A stretch of 26,501 bases of DNA from the IMG/VR virus record IMGVR_UViG_3300014656_000112, positions 1-26,501 of that record, one strand, 5' to 3'. This DNA is from a virus. Taxonomy: Duplodnaviria > Caudoviricetes. Below the pieces are notes generated by a model that saw nothing but the letters and a program-made list of their open reading frames with translations, was not told the DNA's origin and searched no databases. How positions within the stretch are numbered: position 1 is the first letter of the stretch; every line of letters starts with the position of its first letter. Shown piece after piece: positions 8,156 through 17,352 of this stretch. Position numbers and translations under genes: made by a program.

Positions 8156-8614
8156 ATGAAACACATCGAGGAGAAAGCAAAGGAAGTAGGCCTTAAGGTC
8201 GTCAAATCCGAAGCGGGAGACATTTATGTTGAAGGCCCGGCCGAGAATGTGGCCGCGTTTAGGGCACAATTTCAGGCCGCCGAGCAGGCCGCCATAAAGG
8301 AGTTTAATTCCTCCGGGCTCCAACCGGTTGAATACAAAACCCTGGTCAGGCCTGAAGTGGTGGAGAAAAAAACCGCCGGCGGGATATATATCCCTGAGAT
8401 AACGCACGAGAGAGAGGAACTGGCTCAGGTCATTGCCACCCTAATTGCCGTGGGCGGCAACGCTTTCGATGGCTGGTCCGGTCAGGTACCAAAAACCGGC
8501 CAGCGCGTGTATGTTGCCAAATACGCCGGGATCCGCGTCAAAGGCGTAGACGGGAGGCAGTATCAGATCATAAGTGACAAGGATATCTCGGCGATTATTA
8601 CCAAGGAAACATAA
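8156..8614 (+). CDS. groES: GroES-like co-chaperonin with N-terminal extension
   Basis: LQPVEYKTLVRP..EKKTAGGIYIP...LIAVG...GQRVYVAKYAG...YQIISDKDISAII is a Cpn10 signature. Confidence 0.9.
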   Translation: MKHIEEKAKEVGLKVVKSEAGDIYVEGPAENVAAFRAQFQAAEQAAIKEFNSSGLQPVEYKTLVRPEVVEKKTAGGIYIPEITHEREELAQVIATLIAVGGNAFDGWSGQVPKTGQRVYVAKYAGIRVKGVDGRQYQIISDKDISAIITKET

Positions 8615-8644
8615 GCGCAGTATAGAGCAGAAAGGAGTAAGGAC

Positions 8645-9427
8645 ATGGCAGAGGAGAATATTATTCAGGAAGACCAAATACATCCCGGGCAAGCAGGCCC
8701 GGACGATGTAGCGGCACAACAGGCAGTTGAGACCCAGGCCAAAAATTTAGGCTGGGTGCCCAAAGATGAATTTCGCGGCGACCCTGAGCAATGGCGTGAC
8801 GCGGACGAATTCATTCAGCACGGCGAGGCGACCCTGCCAATATTACGGGACAATATCAAAACATTACACAAAAAGCTCGATGATCAAGGCAGAGTCATAA
8901 AAGACTTTGCCGCGCATCATAAAAAGGTCGAAGAGAAAGCATACCAGAGGGCCTTGAAAAAGCTGAAAGAAGAGAGGCTGGCGGCTGTTGATAAAGGAGA
9001 CACACAGGAATTTGAGAAAATAGACAAAGAAATCGAGGACCTGGAAAAGACCAGCGCCGGGACCAAGCCCGGGGCTGGATTCGCGGAATGGAAGGAAGAA
9101 AACCAGTGGTATGAAGACGATATCGATATGTCAATATATGCCGATAACGTCGGGACCTATCTGGCAGCCCGACATCCAGCCTGGCCTTCAGCCAAGGTTT
9201 TTGCGGAAGTTACCAAAAAGGTCAAGGCCAAGTTTCCGGCTAAATTCAAGAACGGCCGCCGCGACCAGCAGCCGCTGGTGGAAAGCGGAGGCGCAGGGCC
9301 TGCGGCCGCGGCCGGCAAAAAATATGCAGACCTTCCTGCCGGAGCAAAAAAGGCCTGTGATGATTTTGTCCAAGAAGGACTCCTGACCAGAGAGGAGTAC
9401 GTAAAAGACTATTTTGCGGAAGCATAA
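8645..9427 (+). CDS. capsid scaffolding protein
   Basis: LGWVPKDEFRGDPEQWRDADEF, charged coiled coil, C-terminal LLTREEYVKDY; position before the capsid genes. Confidence 0.8.
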   Translation: MAEENIIQEDQIHPGQAGPDDVAAQQAVETQAKNLGWVPKDEFRGDPEQWRDADEFIQHGEATLPILRDNIKTLHKKLDDQGRVIKDFAAHHKKVEEKAYQRALKKLKEERLAAVDKGDTQEFEKIDKEIEDLEKTSAGTKPGAGFAEWKEENQWYEDDIDMSIYADNVGTYLAARHPAWPSAKVFAEVTKKVKAKFPAKFKNGRRDQQPLVESGGAGPAAAAGKKYADLPAGAKKACDDFVQEGLLTREEYVKDYFAEA

Positions 9428-9463
9428 GCGCATAGATCGATGAAAGGAGAAAGGAAGGGAATC

Positions 9464-9988
9464 ATGACAGAAGAAAAAAAAGAAAAAAACGAAAAAGCCA
9501 ACAACCCGGAGAGTAACGACGCTAAAGCCCGGCGCGCCCGGGACGAGGGTGAAGAAAGAAGATCCCCGACCGGCAGAAAAGCCAGGGTGCCCCTTGGCAC
9601 GCCCAGGGCACGACTGACTGTTGGCTTCAAAATTCCTCCGGACAAGAAACCGCGCTGGATCGTTGATCACCCGGGCCGACTCGCCCAGGCCGAGGGCGGC
9701 GGATACACGTTCGTGGAGGATCCGAATGCCACAGTCGGAGAAGGACCCGAAAACCAGCGCGATCGCCTAAGCACAAAAATAAGCCGCGTGGTTGGCGAAA
9801 CCAACGAAGGCGCTCCAATAAAGGCGTATTTAATGCTGATCAATAAAGATTGGTACGAGGAAGACCAAGAAGTAAAGCAAACAGAAATAGACGAAACAGA
9901 CGAAGCAATCCGCTCCGGCGGTATCCAGGGCAAGGTAGGAGACGACGGCCGGTATATCCCGGCCGGGGGCATTACTTATAAACCGTAA
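9464..9988 (+). CDS. phage head-module protein, function unknown (start moved to 9464)
   Basis: RWIVDHPGRLAQAEGGGYTFV...AYLMLINKDWYEEDQ; AAGGAAGGGA SD. Confidence 0.75.
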   Translation: MTEEKKEKNEKANNPESNDAKARRARDEGEERRSPTGRKARVPLGTPRARLTVGFKIPPDKKPRWIVDHPGRLAQAEGGGYTFVEDPNATVGEGPENQRDRLSTKISRVVGETNEGAPIKAYLMLINKDWYEEDQEVKQTEIDETDEAIRSGGIQGKVGDDGRYIPAGGITYKP

Positions 9989-10041
9989 AAAAGAATGAAC
10001 CGGATTTTCATCCGCTCATCAATAAAAGAGAGGTGAATGAT

Positions 10042-10650
10042 ATGTCAAACGTTGATAATCGATTCGGGCTTAAGCCCGTACGACACTTAAACGGCTCGCC
10101 CTGGAACGGTCAGGCTGTTCGGTGTTATCTGCCGTCCACGGACGCGGTAGCCATGTTTATAGGCGATCCGGTGGATCTTGCCGGCTCAGCGGACGCTGCC
10201 GGCGTCTGCCCCACCGTTGTCAAAGCCACGGCAGGAGACGGTAACCAGATCTACGGCGTGATTACCGCTTTTGATCCCAACCCCGACGATTTGAGTCTGG
10301 TGTATAGAGCCGCCAGCACGGCCCGGTATTGTGACGTCTGCATTGATCCGGACGTGATCTTTGAGATCCAGGCATGTAGCGGCGCGATCTTGGCAAACAC
10401 CACCGTCGGCCTGAACGCGGTCTTGATATACACGCATTCGGGATCCACTGTCACCGGCATGTCCGGCGCAGAGATGGATTCGGGCGCTTCGGCCGCACCG
10501 GCCGCGGACGCGTCAAACCAACTCCTGATCATGGGTTTGGTGGACCGGGCTGATAATGACATCAGTGCCGTGAACGCAAAATGGGAAGTTATTATTAACC
10601 TGCATCGCTTACGGGCAACCGGCGACGGTGATGGAGCCCTGGGCGTATAG
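10042..10650 (+). CDS. capsid decoration/cement protein (start moved to 10042)
   Basis: MSNVDNRFGLKPVR..FIGDPV..DPDVIFEIQ; beta-rich; immediately upstream of the major capsid gene; GAGG SD. Confidence 0.7.
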   Translation: MSNVDNRFGLKPVRHLNGSPWNGQAVRCYLPSTDAVAMFIGDPVDLAGSADAAGVCPTVVKATAGDGNQIYGVITAFDPNPDDLSLVYRAASTARYCDVCIDPDVIFEIQACSGAILANTTVGLNAVLIYTHSGSTVTGMSGAEMDSGASAAPAADASNQLLIMGLVDRADNDISAVNAKWEVIINLHRLRATGDGDGALGV

Positions 10651-10687
10651 CGCGCAGCGCATTCTGCGCGACTGAAAGGAGTAAAAC

Positions 10688-11605
10688 ATGAGTGGTGTAA
10701 TCACAACCGGCAATCACCCCAAAGCGCTTTGGCCAGGCGTCAAAAAATGGTGGGGCCGGCAATATAACGAACACAACGAGGAGTTCAAGGATCTGTACGA
10801 CATGGACACTTCCGGTAAGGCGTACGAGGAGCTGGTCGAGCTGACAGGCTTTGGCCTTGCCCCGGTAAAACATCAGAACCGCTCGGTGTCTTACGATTCC
10901 GAAAGCCAGGGAACGATCAGCCGCGTGGTCCATGTGGTCTACGGTCTGGGGTACATCGTGAGCCGCGAAGAGATGGACGATAACCTTTACATGGTTGTCT
11001 CCAAGCGCCGGTCCCGGGCCCTGGCTTTTTCCATGCGCCAGACAAAGGAGCACGTTGCCGCAAATCCGTATAACCGGGCGTTTAATTCAGACTATCCGGG
11101 CGGCGACGGCGTGGAGCTGATATCTACGGCCCATCCGACAAAGTCCGGCAACCAGAGCAATTATCTGACGATTGCCGCGGACATTTGCGAGGCCGCAGTC
11201 GAAGACCTGATCATACAGGTCATGGGCGCCACCAACAGCCGCGGGCTCAAGATCAACCTTATGCCGCAGTCTCTGCACGTGCACCGGTCGGACTGGTTTG
11301 AGGCAAACCGGATTTATAAGAGCGTGCAGCAGAACGACACGGCCGCCAACGCGGTCAATGTATTGCGTATGATAAATGCGTTTCCCAAAGGTATCAAGGT
11401 CAATCACTATTTTACCGACCCGGACGCGTGGTTTATACGCACCAACACCCCGACCGGCACGGGCATGGTCGGACTCATCAGACGTCCGATCGAGTTTACC
11501 CAGGATAACGACTTTGACACGGAAAACGCCAAAGCCAAGTCCACGGAACGATATGTGTTCGGCTGGGGAGATTTTCGTGGAGTGTACGGGTCGCCCGGAG
11601 CGTAG
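10688..11605 (+). CDS. major capsid protein (HK97 fold)
   Basis: KALWPG, GFGLAPVK, DDNLY, ALAFSMRQTKE, HYFTDPDAWF, DFDTENAKAKSTERYVFGWGDFRGVYGSPG; AAGGAG SD. Confidence 0.93.
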   Translation: MSGVITTGNHPKALWPGVKKWWGRQYNEHNEEFKDLYDMDTSGKAYEELVELTGFGLAPVKHQNRSVSYDSESQGTISRVVHVVYGLGYIVSREEMDDNLYMVVSKRRSRALAFSMRQTKEHVAANPYNRAFNSDYPGGDGVELISTAHPTKSGNQSNYLTIAADICEAAVEDLIIQVMGATNSRGLKINLMPQSLHVHRSDWFEANRIYKSVQQNDTAANAVNVLRMINAFPKGIKVNHYFTDPDAWFIRTNTPTGTGMVGLIRRPIEFTQDNDFDTENAKAKSTERYVFGWGDFRGVYGSPGA

Positions 11606-11628
11606 ACGCATAGCGTAAAACAACAAAC

Positions 11629-11676
11629 TCTGAACTATGGGTTGTTCAGATAATGACCCCGCCGGACGGCGGGGTC
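11629..11676 (+). other. two tandem hairpins after the major capsid gene
   Basis: TCTGAAC/GTTCAGA and perfect GACCCCGCC-GGAC-GGCGGGGTC; no U-tract follows. Confidence 0.5.
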
Positions 11677-11692
11677 CATAGGAGGATACAAA

Positions 11693-13216
11693 ATGCCTAT
11701 TTCTAATTATCCGAAAGGGTTTGCCAACGGGATTAACGTCCGTGGCGTTCCCATATTAAACACTTATGGAGGCAATGTTTTTTGGGTTGATTCGGGCGCC
11801 GGATCGAACGGATACAAAGGGACGTTTGACCGGCCGTTTGCGACTATTGACTACGCCATAGGCCGGTGTACGGCCAACAATGGCGACATAATCATAGTCA
11901 AACCGGGGCACGCGGAAACCGTTTTAACTGCCGGAGGCATCGCCCTGGACGTCGCGGGAGTCAGCATAATCGGCCTGGGCGTGGGGCAACTCCGCCCGAC
12001 CGTCACTTTTACCACGGACGCGGACGCGGACGTAGACATGTCTGCCGCGAATTGCCTGATCAACAATATGATCTTTAAGTGCAATATCGCCAACCAGGTT
12101 GCCATGATAACGGTGAGCGCGGCGGGGTGTGAAATCGCGGGCTGTGAGTTCTCCGAAGGTTCGGCCACGGGGCTTTCTTTTATTACCACGGCCGGGGCCG
12201 CCAATGCATGCGACGATCTTTACATTCATGACAACTACATGTACGCCCCGACTGCCGGGAATTATGATTTCGGCATCGAGCTTGAAGAAGTCGAAGACAG
12301 CGCCCGGATCGAAAACAACACGATCATCGGCGATTTTGACAGCGGAGGCATCCACAACCCGACCGGCAAGGTATGCACCCATCTCCAGATAAGCCGCAAC
12401 ATCATCCACAACCTCCAGACCGGGCAGCATGCGATAGAGCTGGTGTCCGCGTGCACCGGCGCGATAGTAAACAATCGTCTCTACGGCGATACCATCGCGG
12501 CAATTCTGGATCCGGGGTCGTGTATCTGTAACGGCAACCTGGCGGCCACGGCAATAGACGAATCCGGGCTTCCGATCCCGGCGGTTGGAGATTCTACGGA
12601 CAACTATATCGGAACGAATTCAAATAACAATGACGCAGATTCCTCTAATGTTGTTGCCAACAAAGACGGTTCGATCCTTGAGAGATTAGAGGATATTTCC
12701 GGAGAATTGTCCGGCACGGCAGGCATTGCAACCTTTCCCGCGGCCGCGGCAGCCGCAAATGCGGTTTCTATAGCCGAGGTTCTTCGCTACATGTCAGAAC
12801 TCCAGATCCCGAGGATAGTTTTGAAGGAATCCGGAGATTTAACGGCCTTTGGCACCTCCAAAACCCTGTTTACCGTAACCGGCGACGTCCTTGTCAAAGT
12901 CGGCGCATCGGTAGATGTGGCTGTTACCTCAACGAGCGGCACGACAACCTTAGAGGTAGGAGTGGCCGGGAACACGGCCGCGCTGTGCGTGCAGGACGCG
13001 GTCGATAATACCGCGTTTGCCATTGGAGATTCATGGTCGCTTATAACCGCGGCGGATGCCAATGGCGCGCAAATGGCCGATGAATGGCTCCTGGTCGGCA
13101 ACGGCGTCGACATTATCCTCACCGGCTCTGTTGACGATATAACAGCCGGCGAGATTGATTTTTATTGTCAGTTTATACCGCTGACGGCCGGATCATCTGT
13201 TGTAGCAGCCGCGTAA
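11693..13216 (+). CDS. virion protein with parallel beta-helix (pectin-lyase-like) domain
   Basis: VFWVDSGAGSN..GTFDRPFATIDYAI...GDIIIVKPGH; Asn ladders (IHDNY, IENNTI, ISRNII, IVNNRL); beta-sandwich C-terminus. Confidence 0.8.
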   Translation: MPISNYPKGFANGINVRGVPILNTYGGNVFWVDSGAGSNGYKGTFDRPFATIDYAIGRCTANNGDIIIVKPGHAETVLTAGGIALDVAGVSIIGLGVGQLRPTVTFTTDADADVDMSAANCLINNMIFKCNIANQVAMITVSAAGCEIAGCEFSEGSATGLSFITTAGAANACDDLYIHDNYMYAPTAGNYDFGIELEEVEDSARIENNTIIGDFDSGGIHNPTGKVCTHLQISRNIIHNLQTGQHAIELVSACTGAIVNNRLYGDTIAAILDPGSCICNGNLAATAIDESGLPIPAVGDSTDNYIGTNSNNNDADSSNVVANKDGSILERLEDISGELSGTAGIATFPAAAAAANAVSIAEVLRYMSELQIPRIVLKESGDLTAFGTSKTLFTVTGDVLVKVGASVDVAVTSTSGTTTLEVGVAGNTAALCVQDAVDNTAFAIGDSWSLITAADANGAQMADEWLLVGNGVDIILTGSVDDITAGEIDFYCQFIPLTAGSSVVAAA

Positions 13217-13259
13217 GCGCATCGCGTCCCGCCAGGCCGGGATAAAATAAACGAAAGCG

Positions 13260-13351
13260 CCCGCCGACGCCAAGGCGATGGCGGGCGTTCTTAAAAAAAG
13301 AACGCTTTCAAGGCCCGCCCGCCTCACCTGAGTGAAGCGATGGCGGGCGGG
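13260..13351. repeat. two related miniature palindromic elements
   Basis: Both start CCCGCC and end GCGATGGCGGGCG (13260-13287 and 13314-13349). Confidence 0.65.
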
Positions 13352-13362
13352 AGGACAAACCA

Positions 13363-14052
13363 ATGAGCACACCCAAAAGATTCACCAACGGAGTCACCAA
13401 CGTGGCCTCCGACAAGCCCATGGGACAGTTGTTAATCCCTGATCCCACTTCCGTGCACACGTTTTTTGAGGATTTTGACAGGTACGCTGCAGGCGACTGG
13501 ACCGTGACCGAAACCGACGCGGGCGCGACGCAAGCACTGGCGGACGGCGACGGAGGTCAGTTACTGATCACAAATACAGCCGCCGATGATGATCTTGTGG
13601 GTATTCAGCTCGCAAAAGAGAGCTTTACCCTTGAGTCCGGCAAAAAAGCCTGGTTTACGGCCCGGATCAAAGGGTCGGACGCTACGCAGATGGACTGGCT
13701 GGTCGGACTGCACGTGACGGATACATCGCCGATTGCAAGCGCGCCGAGCGACGGCGTGTACTTCCGCAAGGACGATGGAGACACCAATATCGATATCGCT
13801 GTTGTCGCGTCGAGCGCGACCGTGGCCGAGGTCAACGGGATCGCCACGGCCACCACCGGCTTTGTCCGCCTCGACATCTACTTTGACGGCGTTGACACGA
13901 TCCATTATTTTGTTGACGGCGTGGAGATAGGCACCATCGAGACCACGAGTTTCCCGACAACCGAGCTGAATGTGTCGTTTGCCGTGCAGAACGGAGAGGC
14001 AGTGGCCAAGACGCTGACGGTGGACTGGATAGGCGCGGTGAAGGAGCGCTAA
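13363..14052 (+). CDS. accessory virion protein, ConA/LamG-like beta-sandwich
   Basis: FFEDFD..DW, GVYFRKDDG, LDIYFDG..IHYFVDGVEIG, LTVDWI pattern; GGAGG SD. Confidence 0.65.
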   Translation: MSTPKRFTNGVTNVASDKPMGQLLIPDPTSVHTFFEDFDRYAAGDWTVTETDAGATQALADGDGGQLLITNTAADDDLVGIQLAKESFTLESGKKAWFTARIKGSDATQMDWLVGLHVTDTSPIASAPSDGVYFRKDDGDTNIDIAVVASSATVAEVNGIATATTGFVRLDIYFDGVDTIHYFVDGVEIGTIETTSFPTTELNVSFAVQNGEAVAKTLTVDWIGAVKER

Positions 14053-14094
14053 AGCCCCGGATGCCGGAGCTGTTAAAACAGGAGGTCTAACATT

Positions 14095-14382
14095 ATGAGT
14101 CCATACAGCCGAGAAACAACCAAAAGTATCGCCGCGGAAAATACTTTTTCGGACAAGATGAAATTGCACGGCAAATTTGTTTTCAGGCTCCGCGGCACAT
14201 GGTCGGCAACGGTAGTCCTGCAAAGGTCTGAAGACGAGGGAACAACGTGGGATGATGTTGATTCGTATGCTGCGAACACAGTGCTGGTCGGTGAAGAAAT
14301 TGAGCGCGGTATTTATTACCGCTTTGGAGTAAAAACAGGAGGCTATACCAGCGGCACTGTTGCCGGGAGGTTGAGCCAGTGA
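14095..14382 (+). CDS. small beta-sandwich virion protein
   Basis: GTWSATVVLQRSEDEGTTWDDV...YYRFGVKTGGYTSG; AGGAGG SD. Confidence 0.7.
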   Translation: MSPYSRETTKSIAAENTFSDKMKLHGKFVFRLRGTWSATVVLQRSEDEGTTWDDVDSYAANTVLVGEEIERGIYYRFGVKTGGYTSGTVAGRLSQ

Positions 14383-15692
14383 TAGTTCCCGTTATGAAGA
14401 ATATAATGACAAGATCCTTTAGTAAAACCATCCAGGGGCAAGACCGCGGTCTTGTTTTCCATTTTGATCCCGGAACGGGGAGCCTGTGGGATCGAATAAA
14501 GGGCAAGAGGGGTTTTAGTCATGTTCGGAATTCTATTGCGACGAATTGGCATCCGACGGAAAACAAGCTTGTAACGCAAGGTGTGAATGTCCCCCGGTTT
14601 GAGCTTGAGGGGGGCAGAAAAGCCCTTTTAGTCGAACCGAGTTCGACAAATTCGTGCCTTTACAGTAGGGCTTTTGACAATGCAGCATGGGTGCAGACTG
14701 GAACGCCCACCCCAACAAAAAACGAAACGGGTATTGATGGGGTTGCAAATACTGCTTATACGCTTACGGATGATAACGGGGCGGGGTATGAATATATTTT
14801 GGAGCAAATTACAATCTCTGACGATTCTAATACACATGTCTGTTTCCTATATATTAAAAAAGATACAAATGAAGCTCGGTTTCCAGAATTTCAGCCAAAT
14901 CTATCAGGGGGGAGCGTATTAGTTAATCATGCAATTCAATTAAACACAAAGACTGGTGCCTTGATCGAACGAGTGGACGTAGGTCATGATGAATGCGGAA
15001 TTATAGATCGAGGTGATTGGTGGCAATTTTGGGCTACGATTACAAACAATAGTACTGGAAACACAGACTTAATCTTTCAAGTAATTCCAGCCCGAACTAC
15101 CACATGGGGAACCGCCGAAGTCGCCGCTACCGGCTCAATCATCATAGACGCTGCCCAAGGTGAGTTAAATAAGAACCATCCTTCTTCATTTATCCCAACT
15201 ACATCCTCAGCCGTCACTCGTGCCACTGAAAGTGGTTATCCGTTGTGGGATCTGCCTGTAAATGTGTTTGATGCTACCGGCACGGCCATTGTGTGGCTCA
15301 GGCCAGGGATTGACTATGGTGATGTATCTGCTGGCGACTATGGCATACTAAGCGTTCAGGGAGCTGCCAGTAGCCTTTTATATCTTGATGAAGGAGGGAA
15401 TTTTTGTTCGCATGACGGGGCAACTGAAGCTACAGTTAATGTCAATTGGTCAAGAGACACTTGGTATAAAGCTGTAGTTAAGTGGAACGCTACTGCCTCA
15501 AAATTTCGTGTTGGTGCAGATTCTGGTTCAGATGTTTCTTGGGGTACAGAACAAACCTTTGACGGCTCTTATGCCCTTGGTTCTTATCTTCAGCTTGGCT
15601 ATGGGCTTTTTGGCCCTATGCACATAGGCGACCTGAGAATCTATAACAGAGTTTTAAGTGATGCTGAAATTAACGCAGGGGGCAGCCCATAG
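14379..15692 (+). CDS. head spike/fibre-like protein with LamG-like C-terminal domain
   Basis: PRFE...LLVEPSSTNSCLYSRAFDNAAW, SSFIPTTSSAVTRA, IGDLRIYNRVLSDAEI; GTGA overlap with the previous gene; more AT-rich than its flanks. Confidence 0.75.
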   Translation: MIVPVMKNIMTRSFSKTIQGQDRGLVFHFDPGTGSLWDRIKGKRGFSHVRNSIATNWHPTENKLVTQGVNVPRFELEGGRKALLVEPSSTNSCLYSRAFDNAAWVQTGTPTPTKNETGIDGVANTAYTLTDDNGAGYEYILEQITISDDSNTHVCFLYIKKDTNEARFPEFQPNLSGGSVLVNHAIQLNTKTGALIERVDVGHDECGIIDRGDWWQFWATITNNSTGNTDLIFQVIPARTTTWGTAEVAATGSIIIDAAQGELNKNHPSSFIPTTSSAVTRATESGYPLWDLPVNVFDATGTAIVWLRPGIDYGDVSAGDYGILSVQGAASSLLYLDEGGNFCSHDGATEATVNVNWSRDTWYKAVVKWNATASKFRVGADSGSDVSWGTEQTFDGSYALGSYLQLGYGLFGPMHIGDLRIYNRVLSDAEINAGGSP

Positions 15693-16118
15693 ATGATTTA
15701 TAATTTATTCTTTCTTGTGGATATAGAAGAGGTTCTTATAGAAGGTTTTATTCAACAACGCCCTGCGCTGGATGAAGCGATTCGAGATTGGAAAATCATA
15801 GCGCACGAGCCTGATCCGGGAACAAGGAAGGTTATCCATGTGGTGGTAGCCGGTGACAGGGATTCAGCTTTAGCGGATAGGCTAACCTCGCATCCTGCGT
15901 ACTTAGCAGGAAGAGCAATAGCGCCGAACGCTTATTTAGCAATATGGAATAGTTATCCAATCCTGGCCAAACATATTATTTTGTGTTCCTGGATGGTCTA
16001 CAGCGTGGAATTTTTGCAAGATATTCTCACAAGAGGCACGATCGCAGACTGGGAAGCGGCAGGAAGCCCTGCGAGAGTGGAGAATTATATTATCCCACAC
16101 CTTTATGCGGGGGTATAG
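15693..16118 (+). CDS. hypothetical protein
   Basis: ATG abuts the upstream TAG; part of the same AT-richer block. Confidence 0.65.
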   Translation: MIYNLFFLVDIEEVLIEGFIQQRPALDEAIRDWKIIAHEPDPGTRKVIHVVVAGDRDSALADRLTSHPAYLAGRAIAPNAYLAIWNSYPILAKHIILCSWMVYSVEFLQDILTRGTIADWEAAGSPARVENYIIPHLYAGV

Positions 16119-16160
16119 GCGATTTTTTAAACCCACAAACCCTTTAGTGGAGGCTTAACA

Positions 16161-16592
16161 ATGTCTGATACAGTAAATGTGCGCTGGGTTTACCCCCCCA
16201 ACTGGGACGGGAATCCGCCGGATAAAGGCGGCTGGCGCAAAGCAACCATACAGATGACCGGGATCTCCGACGGCACGGGCGAGTCGGAAGTCGTAAAGCT
16301 CGATATTTCCGAGCTTCGCGCGGTTTCCGGCGCGGCGCCGTACCGTACCACGATCGAGCGGCTGGAATGGGACGTCGCCGGCATCGACAATATCCATCTC
16401 CAGTGGGACCGGAATCCTAAAGAGACGATCGTGGTCCTGTCCGGCCGCGGCAAAAGAGATTACAGGCCGGAAGGAGGCCTGGTTGATCCGGGCGAGACCG
16501 GAGACGCGACCGGGGATATATTGCTGACCAGTAACAGCGCCGCGCCCGGCGGGTCGTATAATATTTTAATGACGGTAAGGCTGAAAGACTGA
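16161..16592 (+). CDS. virion-associated protein, function unknown
   Basis: GISDGTGES.VVKLDIS, LQWD, DYRPEGGL...TGDILLT; GGAGG SD. Confidence 0.75.
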   Translation: MSDTVNVRWVYPPNWDGNPPDKGGWRKATIQMTGISDGTGESEVVKLDISELRAVSGAAPYRTTIERLEWDVAGIDNIHLQWDRNPKETIVVLSGRGKRDYRPEGGLVDPGETGDATGDILLTSNSAAPGGSYNILMTVRLKD

Positions 16593-16677
16593 TGTCAGAA
16601 GTCAGAGAATAGAGAAATACTGATGAGCCGGGGAACCGGTGAAACGGTGAAACGGTGAAGAGAGACTCCGCGAAGCG

Positions 16678-16719
16678 ATGAAAAAAGGCTACATACACGG
16701 TGATCGTTGGTTTATTTAA
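16678..16719 (+). pseudogene. orphaned 5' remnant of the gene now starting at 17353
   Basis: Encodes MKKGYIHGDRWFI*, which aligns with MSRRNYKHGDHKVI(CDICG); both ATGs are preceded by AGCG. Confidence 0.6.
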
Positions 16720-17266
16720 TGTGCTTCCAGCGCTTTCGAGCTATAATTTTTGCAATATGTTGCCGGCACACACCATAAAAAGAAGCCAAAATTTTATTGG
16801 AATCTCCAGTATTTGCTTTTTTACGTATGTCCATAATATCTGATTCAGTGAGTTTTGCATGACCATTAGATTCACCATAAACAATATTTTCCCGACCCTT
16901 GTTGAACATATCATGCATATTATCAGCTTGGGAACCAAGAAAAAGATGAGAAGGATTTACACAACTCGGATTATCGCAATGATGCAAGACAAGCATATCG
17001 CGTGGTATAGGGCCAAAGTAGATTTCCCATGCCATACGATGTGTCCGATAGCTTTTATAAACACCACAAACACCATATCCGTCCGAACTGCGAGCGCCTT
17101 GCCATTCCCAACAACCGGCCTGGGCGGTTTTTTTGACTTTCGGCCAAAAATGAACATCGGGAATAAACTCATGACAGCTTGGATTGCAGTAAATTTGACG
17201 GCCGCTCCGAGGAGTAAAAGACTGATTGCAATTAGGACAGATTTTTGTAGAATAGTTCTTAGCCAT
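16712..17266 (-). CDS. free-standing HNH homing endonuclease
   Basis: N-terminal CPNC...YCNPSC; CWEWQG..DGYG; HRMAWEI..GPIP..VLHHCDNPSCVNPSHLFLGSQADNMHD; C-terminal AKLTE...HTH; AT-rich; antisense to the operon; GAGG SD. Confidence 0.93.
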   Translation of the reverse strand: MAKNYSTKICPNCNQSFTPRSGRQIYCNPSCHEFIPDVHFWPKVKKTAQAGCWEWQGARSSDGYGVCGVYKSYRTHRMAWEIYFGPIPRDMLVLHHCDNPSCVNPSHLFLGSQADNMHDMFNKGRENIVYGESNGHAKLTESDIMDIRKKANTGDSNKILASFYGVCRQHIAKIIARKRWKHIK

Positions 17267-17294
17267 GTTGCTACCTCGTTTAGTAACTGGTTAG

Positions 17295-17340
17295 GGGGAA
17301 TAAAGTGGCTGCAATCACTTTATTCCCCTAATTTTATTTT
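17295..17340 (+). terminator. 13-bp perfect hairpin at the HNH cassette edge
   Basis: GGGGAATAAAGTG/CACTTTATTCCCC followed by TAATTTTATTTT. Confidence 0.55.
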
Positions 17341-17352
17341 AGGTTAACAGCG

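Noticed and set aside
15690-15695. Stop-codon read-through fusing the 14379 and 15693 genes (in-frame TAG-ATG)
   Set aside because: Adjacent stop-start is ordinary coupling, and other TAG stops here end genes normally, so there is no sign of recoding.
16620-16645. Hammerhead-ribozyme-like core CTGATGA-GCCGG-GGAA-CCGGT-GAAAC
   Set aside because: The core and stem II are present, but I could not build stems I and III with an NUH site in the type I or type III arrangement. The GAAAC belongs to a local GGTGAAAC repeat. A cmscan run would settle it.
16593-17352. Group I intron carrying the HNH
   Set aside because: No P7 or catalytic core is recognisable, there is little non-coding room, the HNH is antisense, and the downstream gene has its own complete start.
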